Assembly (NCBI GenBank): GCA_963676915.2
Contig: CAXXVK010000060.1
Coordinates: forward strand, 128,001-192,000
Source of the DNA: Myxococcota bacterium
GTDB taxonomy: Bacteria; Myxococcota_A; SURF-8; G963663525
DNA: 64,000 nt
Direction: 5' to 3'
The notes under the pieces are model-generated. The model had not been told where the DNA came from and did not search any database. It worked only from the letters and a program-made list of their open reading frames with translations. The position numbers and the translations under genes were made by a program. This document shows, in pieces, positions 11,746 through 21,390 of this stretch; the first letter of the stretch is position 1; each line of letters starts with the position of its first letter.

Positions 11746-13755
11746 TCAGGTAATCGCCACTGACGATGGTTTTATCCCCAGCCTGGCGTGAATGCGCACG
11801 TAGCTTCGGGTGTCATTCGTTCCCTGTAATACGTATTGACCTTCGGTGGCGGCGGGTGCGTCAACAGTCGCTTCTTGTCCGTAATCGGGAATATCGTCGC
11901 CCCATTCCACACGATAGGTCGCCGCTTCGCTGCATGTCCAGGTGATCGTCGCGGTCAGACCGTCACGCTGGATTTCGATATCCGTAATCAACAACTGGCT
12001 TCGCTCGACGGGCTGGGTGTTGTCCGCTACCAGTTTCTCGGCTTCGTCGGCGAAACGGCGCATGTCCGAAGGTCGAGCCGGATAGGCTTCCCCCACTTCC
12101 GCTTCGGCCTCATCGGCGGTTTCGCGCAGGCGGTCGATGCGTATCGGATCATGCCGTCGTTGTCGTCCAGGTAGCGCACCCAAAGGATTTCCGCCACCCA
12201 TGTCCAGGCACGCAAGGCATAGTGATGCACGCGCAGTCGTTTGTGCAAGTCCTCGTAATCGCTGGCATTCAACGAATCTTTGATGGATTCCAGATCGGCG
12301 AGACTCAAGGCCACGAGACTCAACGCCTCCTGTTTTTCCTGGTGGATTTCCTCGATGGTGGCCATGTCGGGACTTTTCAGCCTGTCGAACCAGCTCTCGT
12401 AGTCGGGATCGTACAGCGCCATGTTGCGGCTATCAATTCGTTGGCTACGATTTTTTCCGGCATGGAAGATCCTTTTTCCAAGGCCCAGAAACCGAGAATG
12501 TAATACATCTTTCGATTGAAATCGTACGATCTTTCCAAGGCTCGCTGTAATACTTTTCCTTCTGTACTATTTTTCGTAATACTATACTTGCTTTCGAGCC
12601 AACTCTGCCAAAGGTCGTCGTGTACGTTTTTATAGCCGTGTTCGTGCAGGTAGGAAATGGCAAAGACGTTGATTTCGTTGGGTTGTCCGATAGCATGGTG
12701 GCTTCCTCTCTCGATACGCGAGACCGTGCCCACCCCCTTGTGATTCCATAAATAGTCCCATCGCTCGATGTAGTATTTCGGAGCCATCCACAACAGATAA
12801 GAAAGTCCCCAGTATTCTCCGGCCAGATCCAGCTCGACCACCGACGGGCGCGGTCCCTACGTCGCCGATCAGCTTGTTGTCCGGGTAGTAGGGTTCCCAG
12901 TCCTGGGGCTGGTCTTTGCTCATACCGTAGAAATTCACATCTTCGCCAATGGCCCGCAGTCCGGTGCCGATGTATTCCAACTCTTGCGGAGAATGGATGA
13001 AGGACCGGACGTACATTCCCTTCCCCAGTTCGTTAACCACGACCCTCACCGACGACACGAGTCACCTGTGCCACCCGGTCTCCACCGTAGGGCCACAGCA
13101 CCGACAATTGATCGTCGGGTACGTCCTCCTCGTCGGGTTTGTTCTCTTCGCACCAGTCGCACGTACAGATGGAGTACCAGATGTCGGGGCTTGCGGAACC
13201 GTACATCAGGACGATGCCGTCGATGTCGGGTTGTTGCTCGAAAAACAGCCGGTAGGCATCACGTCGCTCGTCCCAGAACGGATCTTCGGGATCGAAACAA
13301 ACGGTGAGCCGATTGCCGGTAAACTCATGCGCCCAGGCGAAAACCTCCAAACCTTCCGCTTTGGCCAGGCTCGCCGCGTCGGCCAGACGTTCGCGCTTTT
13401 GCAGGCTCTCCTCGTCGTCGAAAATCACCTCGTCGATATCCATAATCAGGTCGTGGCTCAACTGAACGTGGTTGACGCCGAAATCCTTTGCCATTTTCAC
13501 GACTTCGGCAACGTGTTCCAGGTCGGAGTCCAATAGAATCCATCCGTTGACCGCTTCGTAGCGGCTGCGGTCGAAGGTCCACTGCTCGGTGGTTTCTCCG
13601 TTTTCGGTGGAGTCCGACTCTTCCGAAATCTCCGACAGGTCGGTATCGCTATCTCCTGCTACGGTGGAATCATCCGAGGAGGAACAGGCGATCAGGAAAA
13701 ATCCCAAAAGAACTGCAAGCCACGGTTGAACGTAGAATTTTCGAGAAATATTCAT
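11746..13755 (-). CDS. Large lipoprotein, possibly TIM-barrel glycoside-hydrolase-like, with C-terminal beta-sandwich (about 4 frameshifts)
   Basis: Lipobox FLIAC and acidic linker; alternating beta/alpha pattern (GVNHVQLSH, VFAWAHE, IDGIVL); consecutive overlapping minus-strand ORFs from 13033-13962 down to 11746-12201. Confidence 0.55.
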
Positions 13756-14105
13756 AGGTTGAAGCTCCATTCGAAACATGTTTTCTATTTTCGAAAAAAC
13801 GGTTGATTGCGAAATAAATGCCGTTTCTTTGTCTCCGCAGAGTATACCGTGCCGTTCCGAACTTAGACAGGTCAATGGAAAAGTTGAAAAAGTCGAAATT
13901 TTCTGGCACAATACTATAACATTGGGATCGTCTAACGAGGGACTGGACTGCCACACGTGCATTCATAGCGGCGAATCGTGTTTCGTGCAAGGCTCGAATG
14001 AAAAACACATGAAACTCCAGCGGGAGTTGTCGTCCGTTTGAAAGCGAAGAAACCAAGATAAAAATGGGTAAAACGCTCTAAATGAGCGATATTTCCAGCT
14101 TTTGC

Positions 14106-14134
14106 TTGACAGTACAAGACCCCTTCCCTAGACT
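14106..14134 (+). promoter_or_regulatory. Sigma70-type promoter
   Basis: TTGACA-17 nt-TAGACT about 95 nt upstream of the 14228 start, which has an AAGGAG RBS. Confidence 0.6.
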
Positions 14135-14227
14135 TCGGGGTTGCTTGAGAGCAATGTTGTATTCAGGTTTGGTTTGGTGGCGTATCGAAGCGCTGCACCC
14201 TGTTCGATTTAACAAGGAGATCATCTG

Positions 14228-15540
14228 ATGAAGAAGCTTCACTTTCTGTTCTTAGCGGCGCTGTTCGCTTTTTCTGTCGGCATCGGCGGCTGTCTCGATC
14301 TTGGAGATGACGAGGGAGACAACAACAACGACAACGGCGGCGACGAAGACGTCGATAGCACGGACACCAACCCTTACATAAATCCCAATACTTGCAGCGG
14401 TTCCTGTATCGCCAACGAAACCACCTGCCTGCCCAATGGTGCCGGTGGATATACCTGGTGCATCTGCCCTCCGACCACCCTCGTCTGGAGCCCGCAGGAT
14501 TGCTCTACCCGTTGCGGCGACCAAGCCGTGCTCGGTTGCGCGGACGACCCGGATGATTCTCTTGGAGCCAAAGCCGTATGCATCTGCGGCGAAGAAGCCA
14601 GCCATAATTGCGGAAACGGCACCATCGACGAAGGCGAGGAATGCGAACCCACCGACATCTCCAACTGCGACACCGGTGAAACCTGCAGTTCCACCACGTG
14701 CATGTGCATGAATGAAAGCCAGGGTGACTGCGGCAACGGCACCATCGACGACGATGAGGAATGCGAGCCGACCGATCTCTCCAACTGCGCCACCGGCGAA
14801 ACCTGCAACTCCGTAACCTGCCTGTGCGAAGACGGAACCGATCCCTACTGCGGCGACGGCACGGTCAACGGCACCGAAGAGTGCGAACCCACCGACCTGT
14901 CCAACTGCAACACGGGTGAAACCTGCAACTCGGTGAGCTGCCTGTGCGAAGGCGGAACGGAACCCTACTGCGGCGACGGCACGGTCAACGGCACCGAAGA
15001 GTGCGAACCCACCGATTTGTCCAACTGCAACGCGGGGCGAGTCCTGCAACTCGGCGACCTGCGTGTGCCAGGGTGGCAACACCGGCGACGGCACTTGCAT
15101 CAGCTTCGGAAGCACCCTGGAATGTCGTCAGGGATGCACCCCGCAAGCCAACACCTGTGGTGACGGTTTCCAATGCTACGGCTATGCCGGTTCAACTGGT
15201 TCCGAGCTTGTTCTTGGTGGTGGTCGCTGTGTCCTGCTGGCGGAAACTCAGGCGGAATGGGATAACTGGGTTGCCTCATTGGATTCCTGCACCGACACCT
15301 GCCCCACCGGCTACGTTTGCCTCGGGTAGCAGTGAATCAGGCACTTGCTTCCCGGAATGCAACATCACGAGCGACACCTGCCCGTCGGATTACTTCCCAG
15401 GCTACGAAAACTACAACAAAGTTCCGTGGGCCTGCGTTGGCTACGAAGCCACCGATGGCAGCACCGTGGGTCTGTGCGAGCCGTGGGGCGATGCTCCCAC
15501 CTGCTCTACTGCGGGAGAAGCCTGCGATCCTGTAGACTGA
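14228..15540 (+). CDS. Cysteine-rich repeat lipoprotein (Myxococcus-type CGNG/CGDG repeats; frameshifts near 15035 and 15325)
   Basis: Lipobox IGGC; four CG[ND]GT...EECEPTD[IL]SNC...C...C.C repeats; Cys-rich C-terminus. Confidence 0.8.
14609..15070 (+). repeat. Intragenic tandem repeat, 4 x ~120 bp
   Basis: TGCGG(A/C)(A/G)ACGGCAC...GCGAACCCACCGA...TCCAACTGC recurs at 120-bp period. Confidence 0.9.
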
Positions 15541-15559
15541 TTCTCTGATTTCTCGAAAT

Positions 15560-15599
15560 AAAAACGCCTCTTCGGTATTTTGCCGGAGAGGCGTTTTTT
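15560..15599. terminator. Bidirectional intrinsic terminator
   Basis: AAAAACGCCTCTTCGG...CCGGAGAGGCGTTTTTT between convergent genes. Confidence 0.8.
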
Positions 15600-15650
15600 A
15601 TTACGTTCTTACCCCGAATATTTCATGAAAAATGGAAAATCTCTCGTTAA

Positions 15651-15826
15651 ACCCGCATAATTCATGAGGATCGTAGCGAGACGCCGAAAACCGAAGAGCT
15701 TTCATGAAGTTGGAGCGATTTTCACCCGCAGGCATACTGGACAGTCTGTCGAGGATGAAAATCGGGAAACGAGTGAAAGATCGAGAGTTTTCAAGTCGTA
15801 GTAGATTCTTCATGAAGTATGCGGGT
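15651..15826. mobile_element. MITE family 1, copy A (~175 bp)
   Basis: TIRs CCCGCATAATTCATGA / TCATGAAGTATGCGGG; TTAA-like flanks; homologous copy at 49159-49333. Confidence 0.85.
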
Positions 15827-15919
15827 TAAGGTTCACAGTCTCCTGGCTTTCAGTCGTGAAACTGTGGCGCCCAATGATTTGAATGTACAGGTTTTTTTGC
15901 TTTTACCTTACAGCCGGTC

Positions 15920-17254
15920 TCAATCGGAGGCTCGCCGGGCACGTTCCTCGTTGAGCATCCGTTGGATGGAGTCGCGCACCTGTTTCGACAACCGACCGAT
16001 AGCCACTCGATCGTCGGCAGCCTCCGGCCCGAAGCGGTTGACGTAGATCGGTTCGCCGAAACGGATCGTCCATTTCACCGGGAAAGGTACGAGTCCCGCC
16101 GGTCCCAGCCAAGGGAAAGTCGGCGTAACCGGGAAGTACGGCAGCTTGAACAGTCGGGCGATTCCCCGAACGTTGCCCACGATAGGATGGGTTTCCTCCG
16201 AACCGATGACGGCTACGGGAATGACGGGGGCGTCGGTGGTCAGACTGAGCTTGATATACCCACCCCGACCGAAACGCTGAAGCTGATAGCGCATACTGTA
16301 TGGCTTGTTGATACCTTTGATCCCTTCCGGGAATACCAGAACCGCTTCGTCCTGCAACAGCAGACGCTGGGCGTTTTCCTGGCAGGCCCGGATGAATCCC
16401 AGCTTGTTCAGCGACACCCCGAGAATCGGCGGGTAATAGAAAAAGTCTTCGACCATGGGCCAGACGTTACGGGACGCGGCATGCTCCCGATGAACCGCCG
16501 ACATTACCATCAGACCGTCGTAAGGCAGGATTCCCGAATGATTTCCGACCAGTAAAACACGACCGTTTTCCGGAATATTGGAGACGCCACGGACCTGAAC
16601 CCGCCACCAGTACTTGTAAAGAAACGAAACGATGGGGTCTAGTTTCTCGCGGAACTTCGGATCGAAGCCCAGTTCTTCGCCGGGAGTGGTTTCTTCGAGC
16701 CGTAGTTTGTCGTAATAGGCGGGATTGCCAACGAATGCGTGTGGATTTTCGGCATATTTCACGGGAAGCTGCACACTTCCCACTTTCGAATTCGCCGTAT
16801 GAGTTGTACCGCCTTCTGCGGCCAGTACTTCGACGTCCGGTTTTAGGGGTGTGGTTTTCTTTTTCGCAACGGGACGTTTTTTCGCCACCGTTTTTTTGGA
16901 TGACGCTGCGGCCTTTGCCGTCTTTTTCGTTGCGGTTTTTTTCGACGTATCGCTTTTTTTCGCGGTCTTGGACATTTTGGCCGCTGTGGTTTTGGTTTTG
17001 GAAGACGCCGTTTTCTTTTTCGCGGTCGTACTCTTTTTGGCCGTTTTTTTCGGTGCCTTGGAGCTTTTGGTTTGTTTCGTCGCGGTCTTTTTCGACGCCT
17101 TCGGAGAAGAGGCGGCTTTTCTTTTTTGAACGGTCTTTGCGGGTTTTTCCTCGGCCTTTTTCTTCGGCTTGTCGGGATGGTTTTCGTTCAAACGGTTCGA
17201 CAGGGGATCGTTACCCAGTACGCTGTTCTTTTTACTGGCCACGGTTTGCCTCAA
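15920..17254 (-). CDS. Lysophospholipid acyltransferase-family protein with N-terminal Lys/Ala-rich histone-like tail
   Basis: LVGNHSG...DG, VLVFPEG, FGRGG, PVIPVAVIG motifs; ~110 aa of KKTA/KTAK repeats. Confidence 0.9.
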   Translation of the reverse strand: MRQTVASKKNSVLGNDPLSNRLNENHPDKPKKKAEEKPAKTVQKRKAASSPKASKKTATKQTKSSKAPKKTAKKSTTAKKKTASSKTKTTAAKMSKTAKKSDTSKKTATKKTAKAAASSKKTVAKKRPVAKKKTTPLKPDVEVLAAEGGTTHTANSKVGSVQLPVKYAENPHAFVGNPAYYDKLRLEETTPGEELGFDPKFREKLDPIVSFLYKYWWRVQVRGVSNIPENGRVLLVGNHSGILPYDGLMVMSAVHREHAASRNVWPMVEDFFYYPPILGVSLNKLGFIRACQENAQRLLLQDEAVLVFPEGIKGINKPYSMRYQLQRFGRGGYIKLSLTTDAPVIPVAVIGSEETHPIVGNVRGIARLFKLPYFPVTPTFPWLGPAGLVPFPVKWTIRFGEPIYVNRFGPEAADDRVAIGRLSKQVRDSIQRMLNEERARRASD

Positions 17255-18240
17255 TTCTTCGGTTTCCGGTGAACGTGATGGGCCGCCATCAGGGCGTCTC
17301 GTGAACTGTATTCGGGAACGAACCCGATTTCTTCCGCTGCCTTGGTGCCGTCAGCTACCCAGGGATATTGCAGGTAGCGGGTCAGTTTGTCGGGGATATC
17401 CGACAACTTCAGGCTCCACAACACGCTGGAGAGCGGTTCCCATGCACGTAAAGGAAGGCGAACCGGACGGGTTGCCATCGTTTTCAGGGTTTCGGAATAG
17501 CGCAAGGTGCCTTTTCCAACGATGTTGTAAATTCCCGGATGGTCTTCATCAATCACCTTTTTATAGGCTCTAAACAGGTCGTCTTCGTGAATGAATTGCA
17601 TCAGCGGATCGTAGCCGATCAGTTTGACCGCTCGGGGTTGAATCAGCATGTTGGAAAGGAAATTGATGGCGGTCGGTCCCATGGTGGTACAGGCGCGGAG
17701 GATCGTCACCACCTTGTCGGGGTGACGCTGTGCAAACACCTGGAGTTGACGCTCGGTTTCCAGCTTTTCCGTAACCATGCTGTTGCGGCTGTCGCCGTCC
17801 ACTTTATGATTTTCGGTGTAAAATGCCGGACCTTTGGGTTTTGCACCGTAAATCGCGGTAGTCGAACGAGCCACGACCTTGCGTACGCCCGCCGCTTCGC
17901 AGGCATCGAGCATATGCATCGTGCCGATGGCTTCGATTTCGTGGGCAATGGATCGGCTGCGCGAAAGACCGTAGCTGAAAATCAGGTGGCAGAAGGTGTC
18001 CACGTTTTCGTTCGTCAAAATCTTCGAGATGATCTGCGAGGCCGATGGCAGGGTCATATCGACCTTGTAGTAAACTAGGCGACCATCCTGAGATGGCGGT
18101 TGCCGGGTGTCGAAAAGCACGACTTTGCGCGTATTCGGATCAGCCAGCAGACTGCGTGTCAATCCTGCCCCCAGAAAATTGGCTCCCCCACTGATGGCGA
18201 CTACGCGGCCATCCGTTGTAGGATTCGTTTCCTTCGTCAT
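17251..18240 (-). CDS. NAD-dependent epimerase/dehydratase-family protein
   Basis: VAISGGANFLG Rossmann motif, STTAIYG, QFIHEDD, YNIVG; stop overlaps the acyltransferase start. Confidence 0.85.
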   Translation of the reverse strand: MTKETNPTTDGRVVAISGGANFLGAGLTRSLLADPNTRKVVLFDTRQPPSQDGRLVYYKVDMTLPSASQIISKILTNENVDTFCHLIFSYGLSRSRSIAHEIEAIGTMHMLDACEAAGVRKVVARSTTAIYGAKPKGPAFYTENHKVDGDSRNSMVTEKLETERQLQVFAQRHPDKVVTILRACTTMGPTAINFLSNMLIQPRAVKLIGYDPLMQFIHEDDLFRAYKKVIDEDHPGIYNIVGKGTLRYSETLKTMATRPVRLPLRAWEPLSSVLWSLKLSDIPDKLTRYLQYPWVADGTKAAEEIGFVPEYSSRDALMAAHHVHRKPKN

Positions 18241-18697
18241 GCAATCCCCTCCCGCGTCGTTGATCTTGGATCGCAGCCGTTCAACGGCTTTGTGCGACAT
18301 CGACCCTTCCGGCGAGTTCGAACCTTTTCCCGGTCCGATCCGCAGCAGGTATCGTATGCATTTCACAAAGAGGTTGACGGTTGCTATCCGAAAACGAAGT
18401 ATAGCATACCAAACTGAAAATGGAAGACCTGCAACAGGGATTGCACGACAAGGGCGTGGATTTTATGGAGAAAACGGAATGACAAAGCTGATAAAAACGA
18501 ATTTCACACATGGTCGATAGTTTCTCTGGATTTCCACACAAACGCTCGCCATTCTCCTTGTGAAAAGAGAAGGTTCCATGGTAAGGTCTGCCGTCGAAAG
18601 TGTGTGAATGCAACAAACGGAAAGCGTTCCGGCGCGGCTCGAAAAACTTCGGGCAGACGGAGCGTTGTCCCGTTTCCAGGTCAAAGGAGTCGTATCG

Positions 18698-19903
18698 ATG
18701 AAACGGATTGTACCCGTGTTATTTCTGATACTTGCTCTCACGGTCCATGTGGCCTGCGAGAGCGGTGGCGAAGAATCGTCCACCGCAAAAACGGCAGAAT
18801 CCGGCAAGGCCGTCCTGCCGAAAGCCAAGGTTTCCAACAAGTTGGCGAAACTGAAAAACGCCAAAACCTCCAAGACGAAATCCGCCGCTCCGACCAAGGC
18901 GATGTCGACCAAAGAGATTGCCGCAAAATTCCCGGACGGAAAATACCCGGTGTTGTCCGTAAAGGACCAGGAGTTCGATTTCGGAACGGTGCAACAGGGT
19001 GAAGACGCCAAACACGTCTTCGTCTTGCGCAACAACGGCAAGGCGATGTTGAACATCGAAAAAGCCAAAGGATCTTGAGGCTGCACGGCCGCCATCGTTT
19101 CCGAGGCGGACGTTCCCCCGGGTGGGGAAGCCAAAGTGGAAGTCAAAGTCAGCACTCGTGGCCGCAAAGGCATGTTGAAAAAAAGCATTCGGGTGTATTC
19201 CAACGATCCGGCCAGCCCTGTGACCACCCTGACTATGAAAGGCACGGTGGAAATCGAGTTGGGATTGGATAAAACCTATCTGCGTTTACACGATCTCGAA
19301 ATAGGCAAAACTCAGGAAAACCGCATTCAAATCGTTGCAAAAAGCCTCAAAGGGCTTTCGTTTGGTGCGGTCGATAGCGGAAATCCCGATGTCGTGGCTT
19401 CGATCGTCTGGGACAAAGATGCGAAAGGTCAGCGAACGCCGTTTTTGGAAGTCAAGGTCACGCCTACGAAACTCGGAAGGCTCTCACGTACGGTGAAAGT
19501 CGCCACGAACCGTGAGAATCCCAAAGAACTCGTGCTGCGGATTTCGGGAGAGGTCAGCGGCGACCTGACGATACAGCCGAAAAGCATCACGTTTTACGGA
19601 AGAAACGACAACAAACCGCAAGAACGGTTCATCACGGTTTCTTCGAAGAAAAAATCCTTCAAAGTGGTTTCCGCAAAAGACACCAAAGGCGAATTGAAAA
19701 CCAAGGTTCAGGCGATCGAGAAAGACAAGCAATACAAAATCACCGTATCGCCCCCGGAGAACATCTCGAAGAATTTCAGCACCAAACTGACGGTCACCAC
19801 AAATCATCCCGACCAGCCGACGCTTGAAATTCCCATTCACGTGCGAATTCCGAAACCTCGTCCGCTTCCGAAAAAACCCGGAGTGGGACTCAAAAAGAAG
19901 TAA
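18698..19903 (+). CDS. DUF1573/Ig-like lipoprotein, probable selenoprotein (TGA 19076-19078 read as Sec, S-U-G-C motif), 401 aa
   Basis: AAGGAG RBS; lipobox VHVAC; ORFs 18608..19078 and 19136..19903 are in the same frame; read-through gives FDFG...LRNNGKAMLNIEKAKGS-U-GCTAAIVSEADVPPGG, matching the DUF1573 SCGCT motif. Confidence 0.8.
19085..19113 (+). promoter_or_regulatory. Candidate bacterial SECIS hairpin
   Basis: ACG-G-CCGCC-A-TCG-TTTC-CGA-GGCGG-A-CGT stem-loop beginning 7 nt after the TGA; G at the loop edge ~18 nt after the codon. Confidence 0.5.
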
Positions 19904-19921
19904 CGGTTTTTTAATCGATAG

Positions 19922-19956
19922 AAAAGGGCGGACCCACCACGGTCCGCCTTTTTTTT
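19922..19956 (+). terminator. Intrinsic terminator
   Basis: GGCGGACC-CACCAC-GGTCCGCC followed by a T-tract. Confidence 0.85.
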
Positions 19957-19972
19957 GTATCGAACCCTACAG

Positions 19973-20051
19973 GATGGAGCAGGATTGTATCCTGCTCCTC
20001 ACGTTTTGCTTTAAGAAAACCATGAGGACGGGGATGCAATCCCCGTCCATC
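19973..20051. repeat. REP family 2 inverted doublet
   Basis: Matches 7648-7729, including the spacer start TCACGTTTTGCT. Confidence 0.85.
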
Positions 20052-20184
20052 GATGTTCGAAAATCCGCTGATTTTCAGCTACACTGTTTCTTTGTATTGC
20101 TGTTACAAGTGACAGATTTCACTTGATAAAACAGAAAACTGCCTCGTTTTGTTTCAAGATTGGCGCCATGATTCGAGCTACCTG

Positions 20185-21381
20185 TTATCCCACGATTTTC
20201 CGCAACGTGCGGCAAACGTGTTCTACCTGCTCTTCGGTCATTCCGGGATGATTCGGCAGGTAAAACACCTCGCCCAATGGTTGCCATTCGTCTTGGAAGT
20301 CGAAGAGGGTCATATAGTCTGAACGGCTGTCGATACCGTGTTTCATCAATTGCTGCTGCACGTTTCGTGCACATTGCACCCGAATCGGAAAGGAATTCCA
20401 GGTTCCTTCCGAACCTTCGATCTCTTGCGGTAGGATCACGTTTTTGAGGTCTGCCAGATCGCTCAGGTAACGGGAAGCAATGTCCCGCCGTCGCTGGTTG
20501 CGCCGGTCGAGGCGTTCCAGTTGTTTGCTCCCCAACGCGGCCTGGAGACGACTCAAAGGCTTGAGATCACTTGGTTTATAGGCTTCAACGGATTCTTCGA
20601 ACAGGTTGTCCAGACGTCTGCGGTCAAAGGCATTGAGCAGATAAAACGGTGCGAATGGCCCGAGCCGGTAGCCCCAATGTGTGGTCATGAACCAGTTCCG
20701 CAATCCCTGCCTGGCGCGCCGTCGAATATCCTTGTCCGAGGCCGGTTGGGCCGCAAGGGCGAGACGCATGGCATGGCGATAGATGTCCTCCCGGTCGGTC
20801 AGCACCATGCCTCCGCCAAAGGTCATCAGGTTCTTGCCGTGTACGAGGCTGAAGCAAGCGGCATCGCCCAGCGATCCCACAGGGTTGCCCTGATAGCTCG
20901 CTCCGATGGACTGAGAAGGGTCTTCGATCAACACCACACCATGCTTGTGAGCTATGGCTTTGATGGCGTTCATGTCGACGGCTTGTCCGAACGGATGTTC
21001 CACCAGAATCGCCGCCGTATCTGTCGTGATAAACGCTTCCAAGCGGGTAGGATCTAGAGCGAAGGTTCGAGGATCACAAGGTGCGTAAGCTGTTGTAAAA
21101 TCACAGGTTTTCACGACTTCCGGAATGGAATGAAAACTGTAGGCGGGAACGATGATCTCCCGGCCTTTCAGCCATCCCGGACAGGAAAGAATCGCATACA
21201 GCGCATGGCGTCCCGCGTTGAAAGCCACCGCATGGTTCCTATGATGATAGGCGGCGAAAGCGTCCTCGAAGGTGGCGGTCGCATCTTCGCCCATCGGTTC
21301 GCCCGCCAGACAATGACCAAGGATTTCCGCAACTTCCGCCATATCGAGGTTGATATTGTGCCGGGGCACGATCCGAAACAT
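20185..21381 (-). CDS. DegT/DnrJ/EryC1/StrS-family PLP aminotransferase
   Basis: FEDAFA, IIVPAYSF, LIEDPSQSIGA, FSLVHGKNL (PLP Lys), LPNHPGM. Confidence 0.9.
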   Translation of the reverse strand: MFRIVPRHNINLDMAEVAEILGHCLAGEPMGEDATATFEDAFAAYHHRNHAVAFNAGRHALYAILSCPGWLKGREIIVPAYSFHSIPEVVKTCDFTTAYAPCDPRTFALDPTRLEAFITTDTAAILVEHPFGQAVDMNAIKAIAHKHGVVLIEDPSQSIGASYQGNPVGSLGDAACFSLVHGKNLMTFGGGMVLTDREDIYRHAMRLALAAQPASDKDIRRRARQGLRNWFMTTHWGYRLGPFAPFYLLNAFDRRRLDNLFEESVEAYKPSDLKPLSRLQAALGSKQLERLDRRNQRRRDIASRYLSDLADLKNVILPQEIEGSEGTWNSFPIRVQCARNVQQQLMKHGIDSRSDYMTLFDFQDEWQPLGEVFYLPNHPGMTEEQVEHVCRTLRKIVG

Positions 21382-21390
21382 GCTTTTTCC

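Noticed and set aside
14609-15070. 120-bp tandem repeats as a CRISPR or DGR template
   Set aside because: In-frame protein repeats; no spacers and no reverse transcriptase in the window
15327-15329. TAG read-through (pyrrolysine) in the Cys-rich gene
   Set aside because: The coding sequence continues in another frame; one extra G in CTCGGGTAGC explains it
2990-15330. Programmed frameshifting or phase variation in the split genes
   Set aside because: Too many breaks, in unrelated genes, confined to one end of the window, with no common slippery motif
15601-15813. Short ORFs 15601-15813 and 49099-49302 with similar translations
   Set aside because: The similarity comes from the shared MITE DNA; no RBS or coding evidence
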